From Eledone cirrhosa (lineage: Eukaryota): DNA of 64,000 bases. The notes beneath the pieces are model-generated. The model worked only from the letters and a program-made list of their open reading frames with translations. It searched no databases and was not told the origin of the DNA. Position numbers and translations under genes: made by a program. The stretch covers positions 42,346,001 to 42,410,000 of the forward strand of contig OZ024747.1 of the NCBI GenBank assembly GCA_964016885.1, in the 5' to 3' direction. This document shows positions 26,997 through 41,228 of the stretch, one piece after another. Numbering within the stretch: the stretch's first letter is position 1; every line of letters starts with the position of its first letter.

Positions 26997-27388
26997 CCTA
27001 TCTATCTTTAAATTGTATTTGTGATAATATTTTACACGTTTGTATTGTATGTAAACTTCCCCCTTTGTATTTGTGCCCCTGTGGCTAATAAAGAAACATA
27101 TCTATCTATCTATCTATCTATCTATATATATATATATCAGCCTGTAGATTGAGGAAAAGGAGGAGGAGAGGAAAGGAGTACAAGCTCTTCGTACTCCTGG
27201 AGATGAGGGTTGCACATTTTTTTCGGGGGTATGTGTTACCCATATAAACTGTCTCCCTCTATTGGGGAAAATCGACTAACTTTTAAATTCCATCTGTGAT
27301 AACATTTTACACGTTTTTATTGTATGTAAACTTCCCCCTTTGTATTTGTCCCCTTCTTTTGTGCCCCTGTGGCTAATAAAGAAATATA

Positions 27389-27435
<47 letters not shown>

Positions 27436-27437
<2 letters not shown>

Positions 27438-27546
27438 TTCTTCTGATGATCTGGTTAAGCTAACAACGTATTTAAAATTGAGTGGCACAGCTTCAAGTGT
27501 TCAGCAATTTTTAGACAACTTAATCAGTGAAACAATTGTTAAGACT
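27436..27546 (+). ncRNA. Type-I hammerhead motif with a long stem II
   Basis: AGTTCTT-CTGATGA-T-CTGGTTAAG...CTTAATCAG-T-GAAA-CAATTG-TT-AAGACT. Confidence 0.65.
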
Positions 27547-27970
27547 GTAAATAAAACCCCTTTTTGTACTGTTGACCATGTTATTCTTCACTCTTTCAAT
27601 ATGATTACTCCAAGATAAACTTACATAGGAATGCAAGAGAACTCATAAACTCGCCACCTACGGAAACCTCTTGTTGGGTCAAACAACGGCGTACGCTAAA
27701 ACTATCCACAATACGAAGTATTCATAACTTCTAACTGGATTACCTATAACGATATTTTGTTATCCCATATATATATATATATATATAGGCTATGTGTGTG
27801 AAGACATACACACAAAAGTTCATCTGTTGAGAGGGTGAGAATGGTATAAAAGAGCCATTCACATAAAATTTCATTTCATGTTTCTCTTCTATTCTTTCCC
27901 ATCTCCCATCTCCCATTCTTTCTTTCTTTCTTTCCTTTTCGCTTTCCTCACCCTCCTGTGTGTGCGCGCT

Positions 27971-28064
<94 letters not shown>

Positions 28065-28600
28065 TATGTGTATGTGTATGTGTGTGCGTGCGTGTGTCAA
28101 CAAAAACGATATTTTAAAAGAATATTTAAAAAACTCATTTTTAAAACTATTATGAAGAGTGACCGACTATCACTATGGTCATTTCCGTTGGGACGCACGC
28201 ATTTCAATTTTTGTTAATGTTTCTTAAGTCATCCGCTTTGTTTTTTTTTGTGTTTTTTTTTGTTGTTATTTGACCATCAAATTTTCAATGTGTTTTTTTT
28301 TTGTTTCTCTTTCATGCCGTCCACGTACACTTTACAAGAACTGATTCCAAATGATATCCCAAACTATGGATGTTGAGCTGTGTATTGGTCTCGCGTCTTA
28401 TACGAACCTTCCTTGCCATGGTCTACTACAAGAATTTCTAAGGGGGGGCATATATGAATGAATGAATATGCAATATAAATAATTGTTTCTACTTTAGGCA
28501 CAAGGCCAGCAATCACACCAGTGCATTACTGGTACTTTATTTTATCGACCCCGTAAGGATGAAAGGCAAAGTTAACCTCGGCGGGTATAAATAATATACA

Positions 28601-28653
<53 letters not shown>

Positions 28654-28670
28654 ATACTTTGGGAGGGTCA

Positions 28671-28702
<32 letters not shown>

Positions 28703-28723
28703 GGAGGGAGAGAAAGAGAGAGA

Positions 28724-28825
<102 letters not shown>

Positions 28826-28941
28826 TGTGCATGTGCATGTGTATGTAAACATACGGGTCTATGTATGTAGATACATATATACCTTATTTATTTAAACAAA
28901 CTTAAATTATTACTCACACAACGGCGACGAAAAAGCTAAAG

Positions 28942-29421
28942 ATGTGGTTTGTTGTTTCGTGTTATCGTAACTCTGAAGCTGCTCAGCCCAGACTTAACAT
29001 AAAGATGGAACCGAACCATTGGGTTGTGGTCAGGTGCTGTAATCGAACACACGACACGTTCACCCCTGAAGACAACAGACGGCCCCACAGGGATATTTCT
29101 TCCTCATTTTTCTCCTCCCCGTCTTCCAGCTTCTGTTGTCACAGTGCCTCACCGCCTCCGCCACCCAGGCCACCTCCCCCCCAACTACAAGATCTCTATG
29201 GCTTGGATTTTCGATTCAAAGCCCTACCTCCAAGGAACTTCTACTCCCCGCCAAATAATGTTAATGATGATGATGATGATGATGGTAATACATACGAATG
29301 TGGTGATGACAACGAGGACGACAGTTGGCATGGTGATGTTATTGCAGTTGATGATGATAATGATGATGATCACGATGATACAGTATGTCATCATTCACGC
29401 CAGCAGGATTACCATGCAAAG
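28942..29421 (+). CDS. Probable first coding exon of the DYRK4-like gene (low-complexity Ser/Pro/Asp N-terminus)
   Basis: Open for 160 codons from ATG 28942 (alternative ATG 29005 in AAAGATGG). Ends at AAG|GTAAAT, a phase-0 donor compatible with the phase-0 acceptor at 45335. No homology evidence. Confidence 0.5.
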
Positions 29422-29458
29422 GTAAATATTGCCGAGCATGCTATTCAAAATACTATAT

Positions 29459-29499
<41 letters not shown>

Positions 29500-29522
29500 A
29501 TGTGTGTGTATGTGTGTGTATG

Positions 29523-29687
29523 CAGGGCCTATGGGAGGGGGTGTCCAGCTGGTACATTGTTTCGGGATCCAAGAACGAAGAAGGCCCCACAGCAACCATG
29601 TAACATCCATTTTCAGAAAAATCTTTGCTTGCTTCGGGCCCCAAAGGTGTCTTGTACCGCCTTGTAAAATTTCTCTTGGATGCCCTA
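29523..29687. mobile_element. hAT-like MITE, same family as 23343-23506
   Basis: Shared internal sequence; flanks TGTGTATG/CGTGTATG. Confidence 0.65.
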
Positions 29688-29726
29688 CGTGTATGTGTGT
29701 TTTCCACTGTGAGTGCATGTGTGTGC

Positions 29727-29796
<70 letters not shown>

Positions 29797-30257
29797 CTCT
29801 GTGGGTGTGCGAGTATGCGCGTATCTGTGTGTATATGTGTTTGCATTTGCGCGTGTGTGTATGTCACTCTGTGTGTGTGTGTGTGAGTGCGTGTATGTGT
29901 GTGTCTGTATATGCCTGTATGTGCGTGTGTGTGTGCCTCGGTGTGTGTTTGTGTGTGCGTGCATGTCTATGTGTGTGCCTATGTGTGTGTTTGCCTCTGT
30001 GTGTGTGTGTATGTCTGTCTGGCTGTTTGTGTGTATGTGTGTAGATGTGGATGCAGCATGACCGAATGGTTAAGAAGTTTGCTTCGCACTCATTAGATCC
30101 TATGTTCCACTGCATGACATGCTAAATAAATTGTCATTTGCCATCACCTCGAGTCAACCCAAGTCTTGTGTGTGTAATTTGAAGGGGGGGGGGGGGGGGG
30201 GTCCAGCCGGTACTTTGTTTCGGGGGCCCAAGAGCAACCATGCAAAATCCATTTTGT

Positions 30258-30408
30258 GACTGGTACTTTATTTTATCGACCCCGTAAAGGTGAAAGGCAA
30301 AGTTAACCTCGGAACCTCGGCGGGATTTGAACTCAGATCATAAAGGGCCATAACTCTATGCTGCAAAACATGGCGTCCGACCCTCTACCGATACTGCCAA
30401 TCCACCGC
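30258..30408 (-). mobile_element. SINE family A
   Basis: Reverse-complement match to 11431. Confidence 0.8.
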
Positions 30409-32059
30409 ATGATAATGCTTTCTTTATTTCCACCGCATGATAATAAAAGATGTATGGGAGTATGATATTAGTTATGTCATTAACGAGGTTCTTGACTATT
30501 TCTAAAAATATGTCTATGTAAAACTGTCAGATAAGACTGCTGCTGCAGATAAGGTTTGTCATATATCTCATTGGTAGTGTTGTTATCTTGACATCTGTGG
30601 AGTTACTCACCCCAGTCGACCTGACGATGCCCTTCGGCGTCAGCTTATATTTATTTTATTATACACTATTAGTATATGTTGTAGACAAGGCAGTTAAAGG
30701 CGCACTGTGATTTCAATTCCCTGTTGATATCACATCGCTTCCTCACTTCGTTGCACTTGTATTCCTTACACCGATCAAAAATCCTTAATCCCTATCGTTT
30801 CTGTGCGCTGATAAGGTCAAAATGAATATTAATATGCCATAGTGTCTCGAAATATTTAGATGGATAGATACATGTATACACTCGCTACACACTCACACTC
30901 ACACCACACGTCTAACCAATCAAATCACCGCACACAGAGATATCACATATACACATACCACTACATACACAAACACCACACATCCATATATACACGCATC
31001 CCCACATCCGCATACGACACATATATGAAGAACTATAAGGGGAATGAATAATGGATTCCAGCAATAAGGAATACATTTTAAAGGATGACGGAAATCAGTC
31101 CTCCGGGGAAAAATATTAATTATACATCCAGAAACACACGCACGTATGCACATACACACAAACAATACACACACGTTTCGGGCGCATGTCTTTCAACCGA
31201 AGATATATACAGGGAGACCGACAAAAGAAAAAGGAAAGCTAGGCTGGGTGGGAGAGAGAGAAGAAAATATGTGTGCTCTCAGGTCTTGAATAATCGTCCC
31301 AACCCCACCCGCTTATTAATTTTTCAGATCCCTCTGCCCCCACGCTTTTATTCCAAATCCCGCGCATATTAAATTTTGCTAATCTATCTCCTGTGAAATT
31401 TTATTCTAAGTGATTCATATCGATACATCAGCTGGAGAATCTCATGATTATTTTATTTTACATTTAACAAATATATAACATAAAAGAACATTACAAGAAA
31501 TCCCATATTTACGAACGTACACTATACAATTACCGACCCCCGACTCCACCGTTTTTTCCACCCTTGCCCCGCTTATAAGAATACCCCACCCCGCTTATTC
31601 CAACCTCCCTCCTATTATTTGGGACCCAGGAATAGTTGTTAGCCATCTTTGGACAAAGGAAAATATTATATAAGAAAATTGAGAAAGGGAGTCGCGCTTT
31701 GAAGAATTAATGAAAGGGGAGATACGCGAGAGAGAAGTGAGAGATGCAAATTAAATATGTATATGTATGTGCATGAACGTGCGTGCGTGTCGCTATGCGA
31801 GTGTTTGTGCCTGCTTGTCAGCGTATGAAGGTAGTTGATGTGCGTTGGAGCGTGGTGTAATTTGGGGAGCTTGTGTATGTTGAGAGGGTGACTATCAATG
31901 TATGAAGTCATTAGTTGTGCGATGAGGCGTGATAAATATATCTTATTTATTCATATATTTAATCAATTTGAACGTCCATATAGTGCTGGTAAGCCATGAC
32001 AGATTCAGAGAGGTAGCTAATATCTCTTATAATTTAGAAAGAAATGCGAGAGGAACATT

Positions 32060-32290
32060 GATACAACCGATTTCCCGTCGCAATTGGAGCATACCGGCCT
32101 CGACCATGATGATGGTAAGCACCTAGACGGGATAACCTTCTTTCCGTTCGAGAGAGGTAAATCTCTAATTTGGGATGCCATGCACTGCGTCACGTTCTTC
32201 GCTTCCAAACATTTTATCATTTCGGCCACAAACTCGGGCACTGCCACCCGTAACGTGCATGCGATGAAGATGAGTAAATACCCCCATGGT
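32060..32290 (+). mobile_element. CRE-like REL endonuclease fragment
   Basis: EHTGLDHDDGKHLDGITFFPFERGKSLIWDA...SATNSGTA, homologous to 25530-25690. Confidence 0.75.
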
Positions 32291-32479
32291 AACATTCCAA
32301 CGAATTTATAACATTGTCCTATCTGGAATGCTGTAGCCCTCTAAAAAAAACAGTATTCTATACTCAAAGAAGCTGCAAAACTCTACCACAATAGGAGATC
32401 CAATGAAAACTGAAGGTCGTACAAGGCTGTGCTGTGACAATAACATAGATAACCGAAACAGTCTCCTTTGGACCAACAT

Positions 32480-33185
32480 CCAGTATATTAGTCCTCACCT
32501 CGAAGGTATGGTTTTACAATCCAGGAACAAGAAATAACATCATGAAACACAATGGTGCACAAAAGGAATAATGATGTAGATAAAACACCAATATATAACA
32601 ACCAATACAGACTGCGTCATAAAAACATAGGATGTCACCCACATCATAAGCAACTGTCCAAAAATGTCATCTCGATACTATCTACTTATGAGGCGTGATG
32701 TGATCAAAATATTATACCATGCAATCTGTAAAAAGGATAGTCATGTAGAGAGATATATGAATGGCTACAGTGATGTAGGAGGCATATTCATCCATAATAT
32801 GAAAAAATACTGGTGGAATGTTTTTGACAAAACTTTTGTAAAATGTAGACATAACAGACAAGACATGATGTACGACTGAGAAAAGAAAGTGTGCGCAGTA
32901 ATAGAAATATATTGTCAAGCAGACGTTGATATAATGTTAGGGACGTGAAATTAAGAAAATATATGTGCCGTTGTCTAGCAAACGATAATATAATTTTAAA
33001 GACGTGAAATTAAGAAGACACTTGTACTGAACAAGTCTAGAAGGTTATATAATGTTAGAGATGTGAGATAAAGAAAATATCCATGCCGAACCAAAACTCT
33101 CTAAATTCTAATGAAAAGTCTTGTTTCTAGGCTAGAAATTGGCCCTTTCTCTATTGGCGAGACATTTTAAAAATAAAACCAGAAG
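32480..33185 (+). mobile_element. Degenerate R4/Dong-like fragment
   Basis: KYWWNVFDKTFVKCRHNRQDMMYD*EKKVCAVIEI; the 3' UTR at ~33115-33185 resembles 14560-14630. Confidence 0.65.
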
Positions 33186-33536
33186 AACACACATTCAATT
33201 GAAACGTATTTCAGTTGTAGGTTAATATCTTATTTGCAGTTTTAAGATCTTTAATATTGAATAATCAATATCAGTGAGTGTTTTAATCCATTGGTTGTCA
33301 AGGAAAACAGCTGCGCTGTTTGACCGTCTGAACACTGCTTATTAAAGTTGGTTGTTATATTAACTTCGTACACTATATTCAATGCTACGTTGTTTCTGGC
33401 CAACAAAGAAAGGCAAACAGATATTGGAATAATAAATTATATTTAGTATATGCCATGTAGGAGACTTTTAATTGTCAATTAATCTCGTCACTTAGTAAGT
33501 TTGAGATTACAAGGCATAAAAGAAAGGTTGTTGCTG

Positions 33537-33600
<64 letters not shown>

Positions 33601-35610
33601 CATATAAGGGAATCGCATCCAGAAGATTCTTGCTTACCATCTTACAGGCCTTTGGTTCGTATCTCGTTTCCGGCTTGATACGAGTTGTCTTAATGGTAAC
33701 TCAATAGTCTAATGTCCTTGCGTAGACGTTTAATGAGTAATCTACCCACGACTTCTTAATTAGCAACGTCACTAACACAGCGTGATTCACAACAGAGGGT
33801 ATATGAAGGTATATACGATATGTCTATGTATAATAAATATCAATAAGTCTCGCTGTGACTGTTTTAAGCTGTAATCATGTCACAGCTAATCTACTGTCGA
33901 CTATTCAACCAAGGTAGCTCACCAAGCAGTATTTTAGCAGCAGAGAAAGCTACCAGATTTACTGCCGTCCAGAATGTCCCTTTTCCATAACGCCACCCTC
34001 AATATCACATACACACCAGCTGTAGAAACACCTCCACCCAACGGTCAATAAGTGAATCTCTACGAGGCCGCTCTATATGGTAAAAAATAGCGACCAAACC
34101 CCACTCTGTAAAGTCATTCTTAGTGGGATTTGAACGTATGATGTTAAAAGGACGAGACTAAACTGGGCAAAATATTTTGTTTGGCGTCTTACTTTTCTAA
34201 TCAGACTTCTCATTAGTTAGATTGCAAGAATGTAAACAGTTCGCGATTAATTTTATTGTAAGCATGTTTGACAAGTACATTTCACTTTTTCCAACATTTT
34301 AGCACCTTATTCAATGAAAACGAGGCTTATAATTTATAGCAAGTAGTAAATTATCAAGGCACAAACACTTTATTATCGTTTTAAATCAAATGTCTACAAG
34401 GGTAGGCGTTTTAAAGAAAGTTTTACCCCCATTTTTACTTGAATCACCCCATTGATATATATCCTAAAATGACGAAAACAAAAAAGATTTCGTCTGTTAT
34501 TTCTCAAAATGAAGTCTCAATAAAAAAGAAAAAGTAATTTAATGACTTGACAAAGACCAAAACAGTCTGGTGTACTCACACACCAAGTTTTTATTGCTTT
34601 TAGTGTAAATTGTGTTGGCGGCTTTCAGTAAAATATAACATTTTATTTAAAAACAGCTGAAATAGTTGTAACAACTAACATATAACTAAACATTGACCAG
34701 TATTAATAAGTACAATATCAAAGTTGAGAGTACGTCATACAGGAAATAGACGCTGAAAAAGCAACGCAGCTTTTTGTTTTTCTTAAATAGCTTGGGTTCC
34801 GTAACATAGGGTAGGGTCCCTTTCCAGGCAATGTCAATGGAGGCTAACTAAGCCTGGGACTCATGTTAGGCAGGGTGTTCTCTGAGACAGTTCTGTATGA
34901 GCAGGATTCGGTCACCTGACTCCACTTGCTTCAAATGGGACAACACGTCTAACCCAGGCTAGCGTGGAAGGTGGACGCTAAACGACGATGATGATAATAA
35001 AATGATGTATATATATTAAAATTTAGCTTCAACATAGCTTTATATATATATATGTGTATGTGTATTTCGTATATCTAAAGATATACGGTATGTTTAATGA
35101 ATAAACATTTTGAAAACCCAGTTATGAACATTGAAAGGCTGAAGGACAGCGCCCTCTAACGGATTCTAGCAGAAACCTCAGCCTTTCAACATTCATAGCT
35201 GGGCTTTCAAAATGTTTATTTATTAAACATACCGTATATCTTTATATATACGAAGTTAACATGCATATTTGTATATAGCTATGTTGAAGCTAAATTTTAA
35301 CTCTACTTTTAAGTTGAGTCACAGCTTCATATGCAAATGAGGCTAATCAACCCACCTACACAGGCAAAAATACTGAATATTCTCGCTTGTTCTGAAGTTC
35401 CAACAAAAATCAGTAGGGAGGCACTGTCTCGATGAGAACCATCTGCTCGAAATACGTGTAAGTAGTTATCACTCGTTGCTTCTGCTGGAATCCGCTAGAC
35501 AACCCTGACCGTCAGCCTTTCAATATTCATAAGTGGCCTTTCCAAATGTTTATTTTATAAACATACCGTATATCTTTAGAAATATGAAATTCACGTGAGT
35601 GTGTGTGTGC

Positions 35611-35698
<88 letters not shown>

Positions 35699-35702
35699 AC
35701 AC

Positions 35703-35736
<34 letters not shown>

Positions 35737-35738
35737 AT

Positions 35739-35769
<31 letters not shown>

Positions 35770-35778
35770 GATATATAT

Positions 35779-35826
<48 letters not shown>

Positions 35827-36265
35827 TATAAAATTAATACAAATAACCATCAACTTTTAAAACCTAAAATTTTGATTCTTCACCCTAAAATAACATAAAT
35901 TAAATATTTTGAAATTTAACCGCTAAGTCTATGTGTCCGATGAACATTTCTGCATTAATTACCCCCTTTATCTCTCCCTCTCTTTAATTATCTATCAGTT
36001 GCTTTCTCAAGCCAAAAACTTAAAAAATTATAACTCCAGAGACGTCTTCCTCTATAATCCTAATTGTAGTATCCCAGATTTTAAAAACTCTATAACTGTT
36101 ACATGAAAGCAATGTTTTTCTTACTCACACCTTCTCTATTGATTCTATTACGTTTTCCCATGTTCTCATTATTAGGGTATAAATGTTGAGTTTTCTCATA
36201 CGTTAATCACTACCTTGATTAAATCTTAACCATCTAACATCTCAGGGTATGTCATGTATCATTTT

Positions 36266-36331
36266 ATTTTATCTGATGAGGACGTACTGTTGAACCTGAT
36301 TCACGTACCTCTGAAATATGTATAATAAAAT
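36266..36331 (+). ncRNA. Minimal type-I hammerhead ribozyme
   Basis: ATTTTAT-CTGATGA-GGACGTAC...GTACCTCT-GAAA-TATGTA-TA-ATAAAAT; perfect 7-bp stem I. Confidence 0.75.
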
Positions 36332-36372
36332 TTAATTGATCACAAGAACATCTATTTTATTAATATTTGAAT

Positions 36373-36444
<72 letters not shown>

Positions 36445-36837
36445 AATGGAGAAGACAATTGAAAAAAGAAAACAACGCAAAAACGGACAGTCCCATCTCC
36501 TCAGTCAACCTCTAGAAATCACTACGGTTTCGATTTATTAAGGTCGATACCATTAATTACAATGCACATTGGGACATAGCAGAACAGGTAGAGACAAGTT
36601 ATGCCTTTAGGGAAATTACACAAATATAAAGTGTGTATGTATATATATATATGTGTGTGTGTATATGTATATATTTATATATGTGTATGTGTGTGTATGT
36701 ATGTGTGTGTGTGTGTGTGTCTAAAAGCATATAACCGACAACGCTATTGTTCACCATAAATCAAAACAAACAAATGAGCTGATCAATCTTATACGCTACC
36801 CAGTTAGAGTTCGGAAGAATCAGCTGGTGAGTAACTC

Positions 36838-37948
36838 GCTAATAGATTGAACATAGTGGCGGTAACAAGATGTGAACTGCCAACGTCTTGTCTGGTAGCC
36901 AATAGATTGGTGTGGCGGTAACAAGATGTGAACTGCCAACGTCTTGGTTGGTAGCCGATAGATTGGTGTGGCGGTAACAAGATGTGAACTGCCAACGTCT
37001 TGGTTGGTAGCCGATAGATTGGTGTGGCGGTAACAAGATGTGAACTGCCAACGTCTTGTCTGATAGCCAATAGATTGGTGTGGCGGTAACAAGATGTGAA
37101 CTGCCTACGTCTTGGTTGGTAGCCGATAGATTGGTGTGGCGGTAACAAGATGTGAACTGCCAACGTCTTGTCTGATAGCCAATAGATTGGTGTGGCGGTA
37201 ACAAGATGTGAACTGCCTACGTCTTGGTTGGTAGCCGATAGATTGGTGTGGCGGTAACAAGATGTGAACTGCCAACGTCTTGTCTGATAGCCAATAGATT
37301 GGTGTGGCGGTAACAAGATGTGAACTGCCTACGTCTTGGTTGGTAGCCAATAGATTGGTGTGGCGGTAACAAGATGTGAACTGCCTACGTCTTGGTTGGT
37401 AGCCAATAGATTGGTGTGGTGGTAACAAGATGTGAACTGCCTACGTCTTGTCTGGTAGCCAATAGATTGGTGTGGCGGTAACAAGATGTGAACTGCCTAC
37501 GTCTTGGTTGGTAGCCAATAGATTGGTGTGGCGGTAACAAGATGTGAACTGCCAACGTCTTGGTTGGTAGCCAATAGATTGGTGTGGCGGTAACAAGATG
37601 TGAACTGCCAACGTCTTGTCTGATAGCCAATAGATTGGTGTGGCGGTAACAAGATGTGAACTGCCTACGTCTTGGTTGGTAGCCGATAGATTGGTGTGGC
37701 GGTAACAAGATGTGAACTGCCAACGTCTTGTCTGATAGCCAATAGATTGGTGTGGCGGTAACAAGATGTGAACTGCCAACGTCTTGTCTGATAGCCAATA
37801 GATTGGTGTGGCGGTAACAAGATGTGAACTGCCAACGTCTTGTCTGATAGCCAATAGATTGGTGTGGCGGTAACAAGATGTGAACTGCCTACGTCTTGGT
37901 TGGTAGCCAATAGATTTTTGTGGCGGTAACAAGATGTGAACTGCCTAT
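36838..37948. repeat. 56-bp tandem array, ~20 units
   Basis: Unit AATAGATTGGTGTGGCGGTAACAAGATGTGAACTGCC(A/T)ACGTCTTG(TC/GT)TG(A/G)TAGCC. Confidence 0.95.
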
Positions 37949-39687
37949 CTCTCATTTGTCTGTCTGCTACCCTATCAACTAGATTAGCCACCACCTGAAT
38001 AGAAAGTTCAATCAAAGATCTTTGCTTTGTTATTTAATATATTGACCACGCTAAACATCGGATACAAAATGGCCGAATGGTTTAGAAGTTCGCTTTGCAA
38101 TCATTAGGCTCCGGATTTGATCCCACCGCCTGGCGCTTTGGGCAAGTGTCATTTAGGATTGACCAATACCTTGTAAGTAACATTTGGTAGATGGTAACTG
38201 TTTGGAAGCCCATCAGATGGACTGTTCCTATAATTCAAAGAGCCAGTTTTGTCACACAATCTGTCAAGTTGAATCGCTTAGCCACTTAGATGTTAACTTC
38301 ATGAGCATGCTCTTCCGTTGATCGAACAAATGGAATATACATCGTCAAAATCGAGGGATTTTCATTCCACTGTAAAAATTTTATATTGTTGCTGATTGAT
38401 TTTTAGCCAAAAATCTACTCTAATCCAGAAGATTTATGATCAAGGAGGTTCCAGCTGTAACCTACTTTTATCTTTTCAGACATAATATGTTTAGGGTTCC
38501 ATTATCCAATGTGTTCTTCCTTCCATTTTTATGATAGTGAGTGTGATTTGGGCTGCTATTCCTAGCAGGCCGAGCAACAGCGGTTTGGGGAGGATTTGGC
38601 TACTACTTAAAAAAAGACGAGAGACTTCGTTGGCGTATCTTTGTATACTCATGTTGTAGATGTGTGCGACGAGGCTGGCATATATTTTAACTATTTTAAT
38701 TTTTTTAATCTTGCTCTAACTTCTGTTCGGTAAGTCCCCAACCTCAATACGTGATCAACTTAACCAATTTCAGAACCCTGGAAGCTGGGAATGTTCCAGT
38801 AATGTCACATCAGTTTCTAAGTAACTAGAGTAGCTTCTGTTGCTAGCAATACCACCATCTCCATTTTTAAATTTATAATGAAGTTTGGCAAGCTTCTTTC
38901 ATCAACCTTCTTTTATAATTAACTAGTATATAACCCGTGGTTTTCCGGACCGAATCAGTAGTAAAGCGTGTTTCGTTATCTAACTTTATCAAATCTATGT
39001 TTGGGGATTACATGTATGTATGTATGTATGTATGTATGTATGTATGTATGTATTATGTATGTATGTATGTATGTATGTATGTATGTATATATGTATGTAT
39101 GTATGTGCGTAAGTATGTATGAATGTATGAATATATGTGCATAAGTATGTATATGTGTATGTATATATGAATATATGTATGTATGCATATATGCATTTAT
39201 GTATGTATGTATGTATGTATGTATGTATGTATGTGTGTATGTGTATTTACGCTTACAATACACACTTAACAACCGGTTCTGTTTGTTTATGTTCCGTAAC
39301 TGGCATCAGTCCTATATATATATATATGTCTGTGTGTATGTGTGTGTGTCTGGATGTGTGTGTGTGTATGTGTGTGGATGTTGATGTATGTATATATGCG
39401 CGCGCGTGTCTACCAGCAAAATATGTGAACATCGGTGAGAAAACCAATAAACCAAAGCTTTCAAATGAAAATCACTTTTGATATTTGTTCTGCCCTGATT
39501 GCCAAAACAGTCCCTTACCAGAGTTGACATCATAAATGTAGTGAATAGGTCATTTATCCCTTGGAAACTTGTAGCCAACGATGTTATTGTTCACGAGATG
39601 CGATTATATACAGACAATTGGGTCTGTTGGCGATTTAATTCATTGCAGAGTAAGCCCATCGCCAGGAGAGAGAGGGGCGGGCACAGA

Positions 39688-40126
39688 ATGACACTGGATG
39701 ACACTGGGTGACACCGAATGAAACTGGGTGACACTGCGTGACACTGGATGACACTGGGTGACACTGGATGATACTGGATGGCACTGGGTAACACAGGGTG
39801 GAACTGGATGGCACTGGGTGACACTGGATGGTACTGGATGACACTGGATGGCACTGGGTGACACTGTATGACACTGGATGGCACTGGATGAAACTGGATG
39901 ACACTGGATGGCACTGGGTGACACTGGATAACACTGGATGGTACTGGATGACACTGAATGGCACTGGATGACACTGGATGAAACTGGATGGCACTAGGTG
40001 ACACTGGATGACACTGGATGACACTGGATGGCACTGGATGACACTGGATGACACTGGATGGTACTGGATGGCGCACTGGGTGGCACTGGATGACACTGGA
40101 TGACACTGGATGACACTGGATGCACT
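39688..40126. repeat. 10-bp minisatellite
   Basis: (GACACTGGAT)n with variants. Confidence 0.95.
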
Positions 40127-40824
40127 GTCCCCAGATCACCTCAATTTTCAATGATGTATCTTCAGATTTGGAAAATAGAGCTTATCAAAAAAATAACTAA
40201 AAAAACAAAAACGTCCTGAAATTACGTTTGTTGCGAACAAGTCCACACCTAGAATGTTCTGAAGACCAGCCAACAAAACACCAAAACCTGGCGACGGACC
40301 TGTTACAGGATAGATGCTTGGGGAGGTGGTGGGGTGTAGTAGTGGGAGCAAAGTTACTTTTTGTTGATGTTGTTTTAAGAAGATCGGAATTTCTCCTAAA
40401 TCCCCAAAACCCACAGTGCTGTCACTTGGCAGTTTTGTTGTCTGTACAGCCTAGAAAGAGCTTAATGAAATGATAATGAATAAATAAATATATAAATACG
40501 CAACACAATGAATTCCTAATAAGTGTTTGTGACCTGATTGCAAGACGGGCTTCGTAGCAACTGAGCAGAACGTTTGTTTGCTATCCTCTCTCTCGTGCAG
40601 AATATTTTATCTGACTAATCGACTGACTCGTCCGCGTGGTATGGACAGACGTTCGTTATCTTAAATGTGGAAGGTAGGTGAAGAAACTAACAGTATTATA
40701 TTACCTAATATACATACATACTCACACACACACACACGCGCGCGCGCGCACACGCACACACGCGCACACACACACACACACACGCACACACACAAATACA
40801 CACACACACAAATACACACACATA

Positions 40825-40856
<32 letters not shown>

Positions 40857-40900
40857 CATAGATACATACATATACATACATATATACATAGGTACATACG

Positions 40901-40967
<67 letters not shown>

Positions 40968-41153
40968 ATATCAGATAGGGTAAAAACCAGCTAGATCATA
41001 ACCCACCAGAGTACTCCATACTTGGGGTATTAGAGTGGGTAATATGAACAGATTCAGGACCCCGACGGTTGAGTTCCGGCCGTACGGCAGCTAGATCCGA
41101 ACTCTAGCTGTCGAAACGGCTGGAACTCAATCGTCGGGGTCCTAAATCTTTTC

Positions 41154-41228
<75 letters not shown>

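Noticed and set aside
30615-30645. CTGACGA-TGCC(CTTC)GGC hammerhead half
   Set aside because: GAAA and stem III are missing.
36838-37948. CRISPR array or repeat-protein gene
   Set aside because: No unique spacers, no cas genes, eukaryotic context, and 56 is not a multiple of 3.
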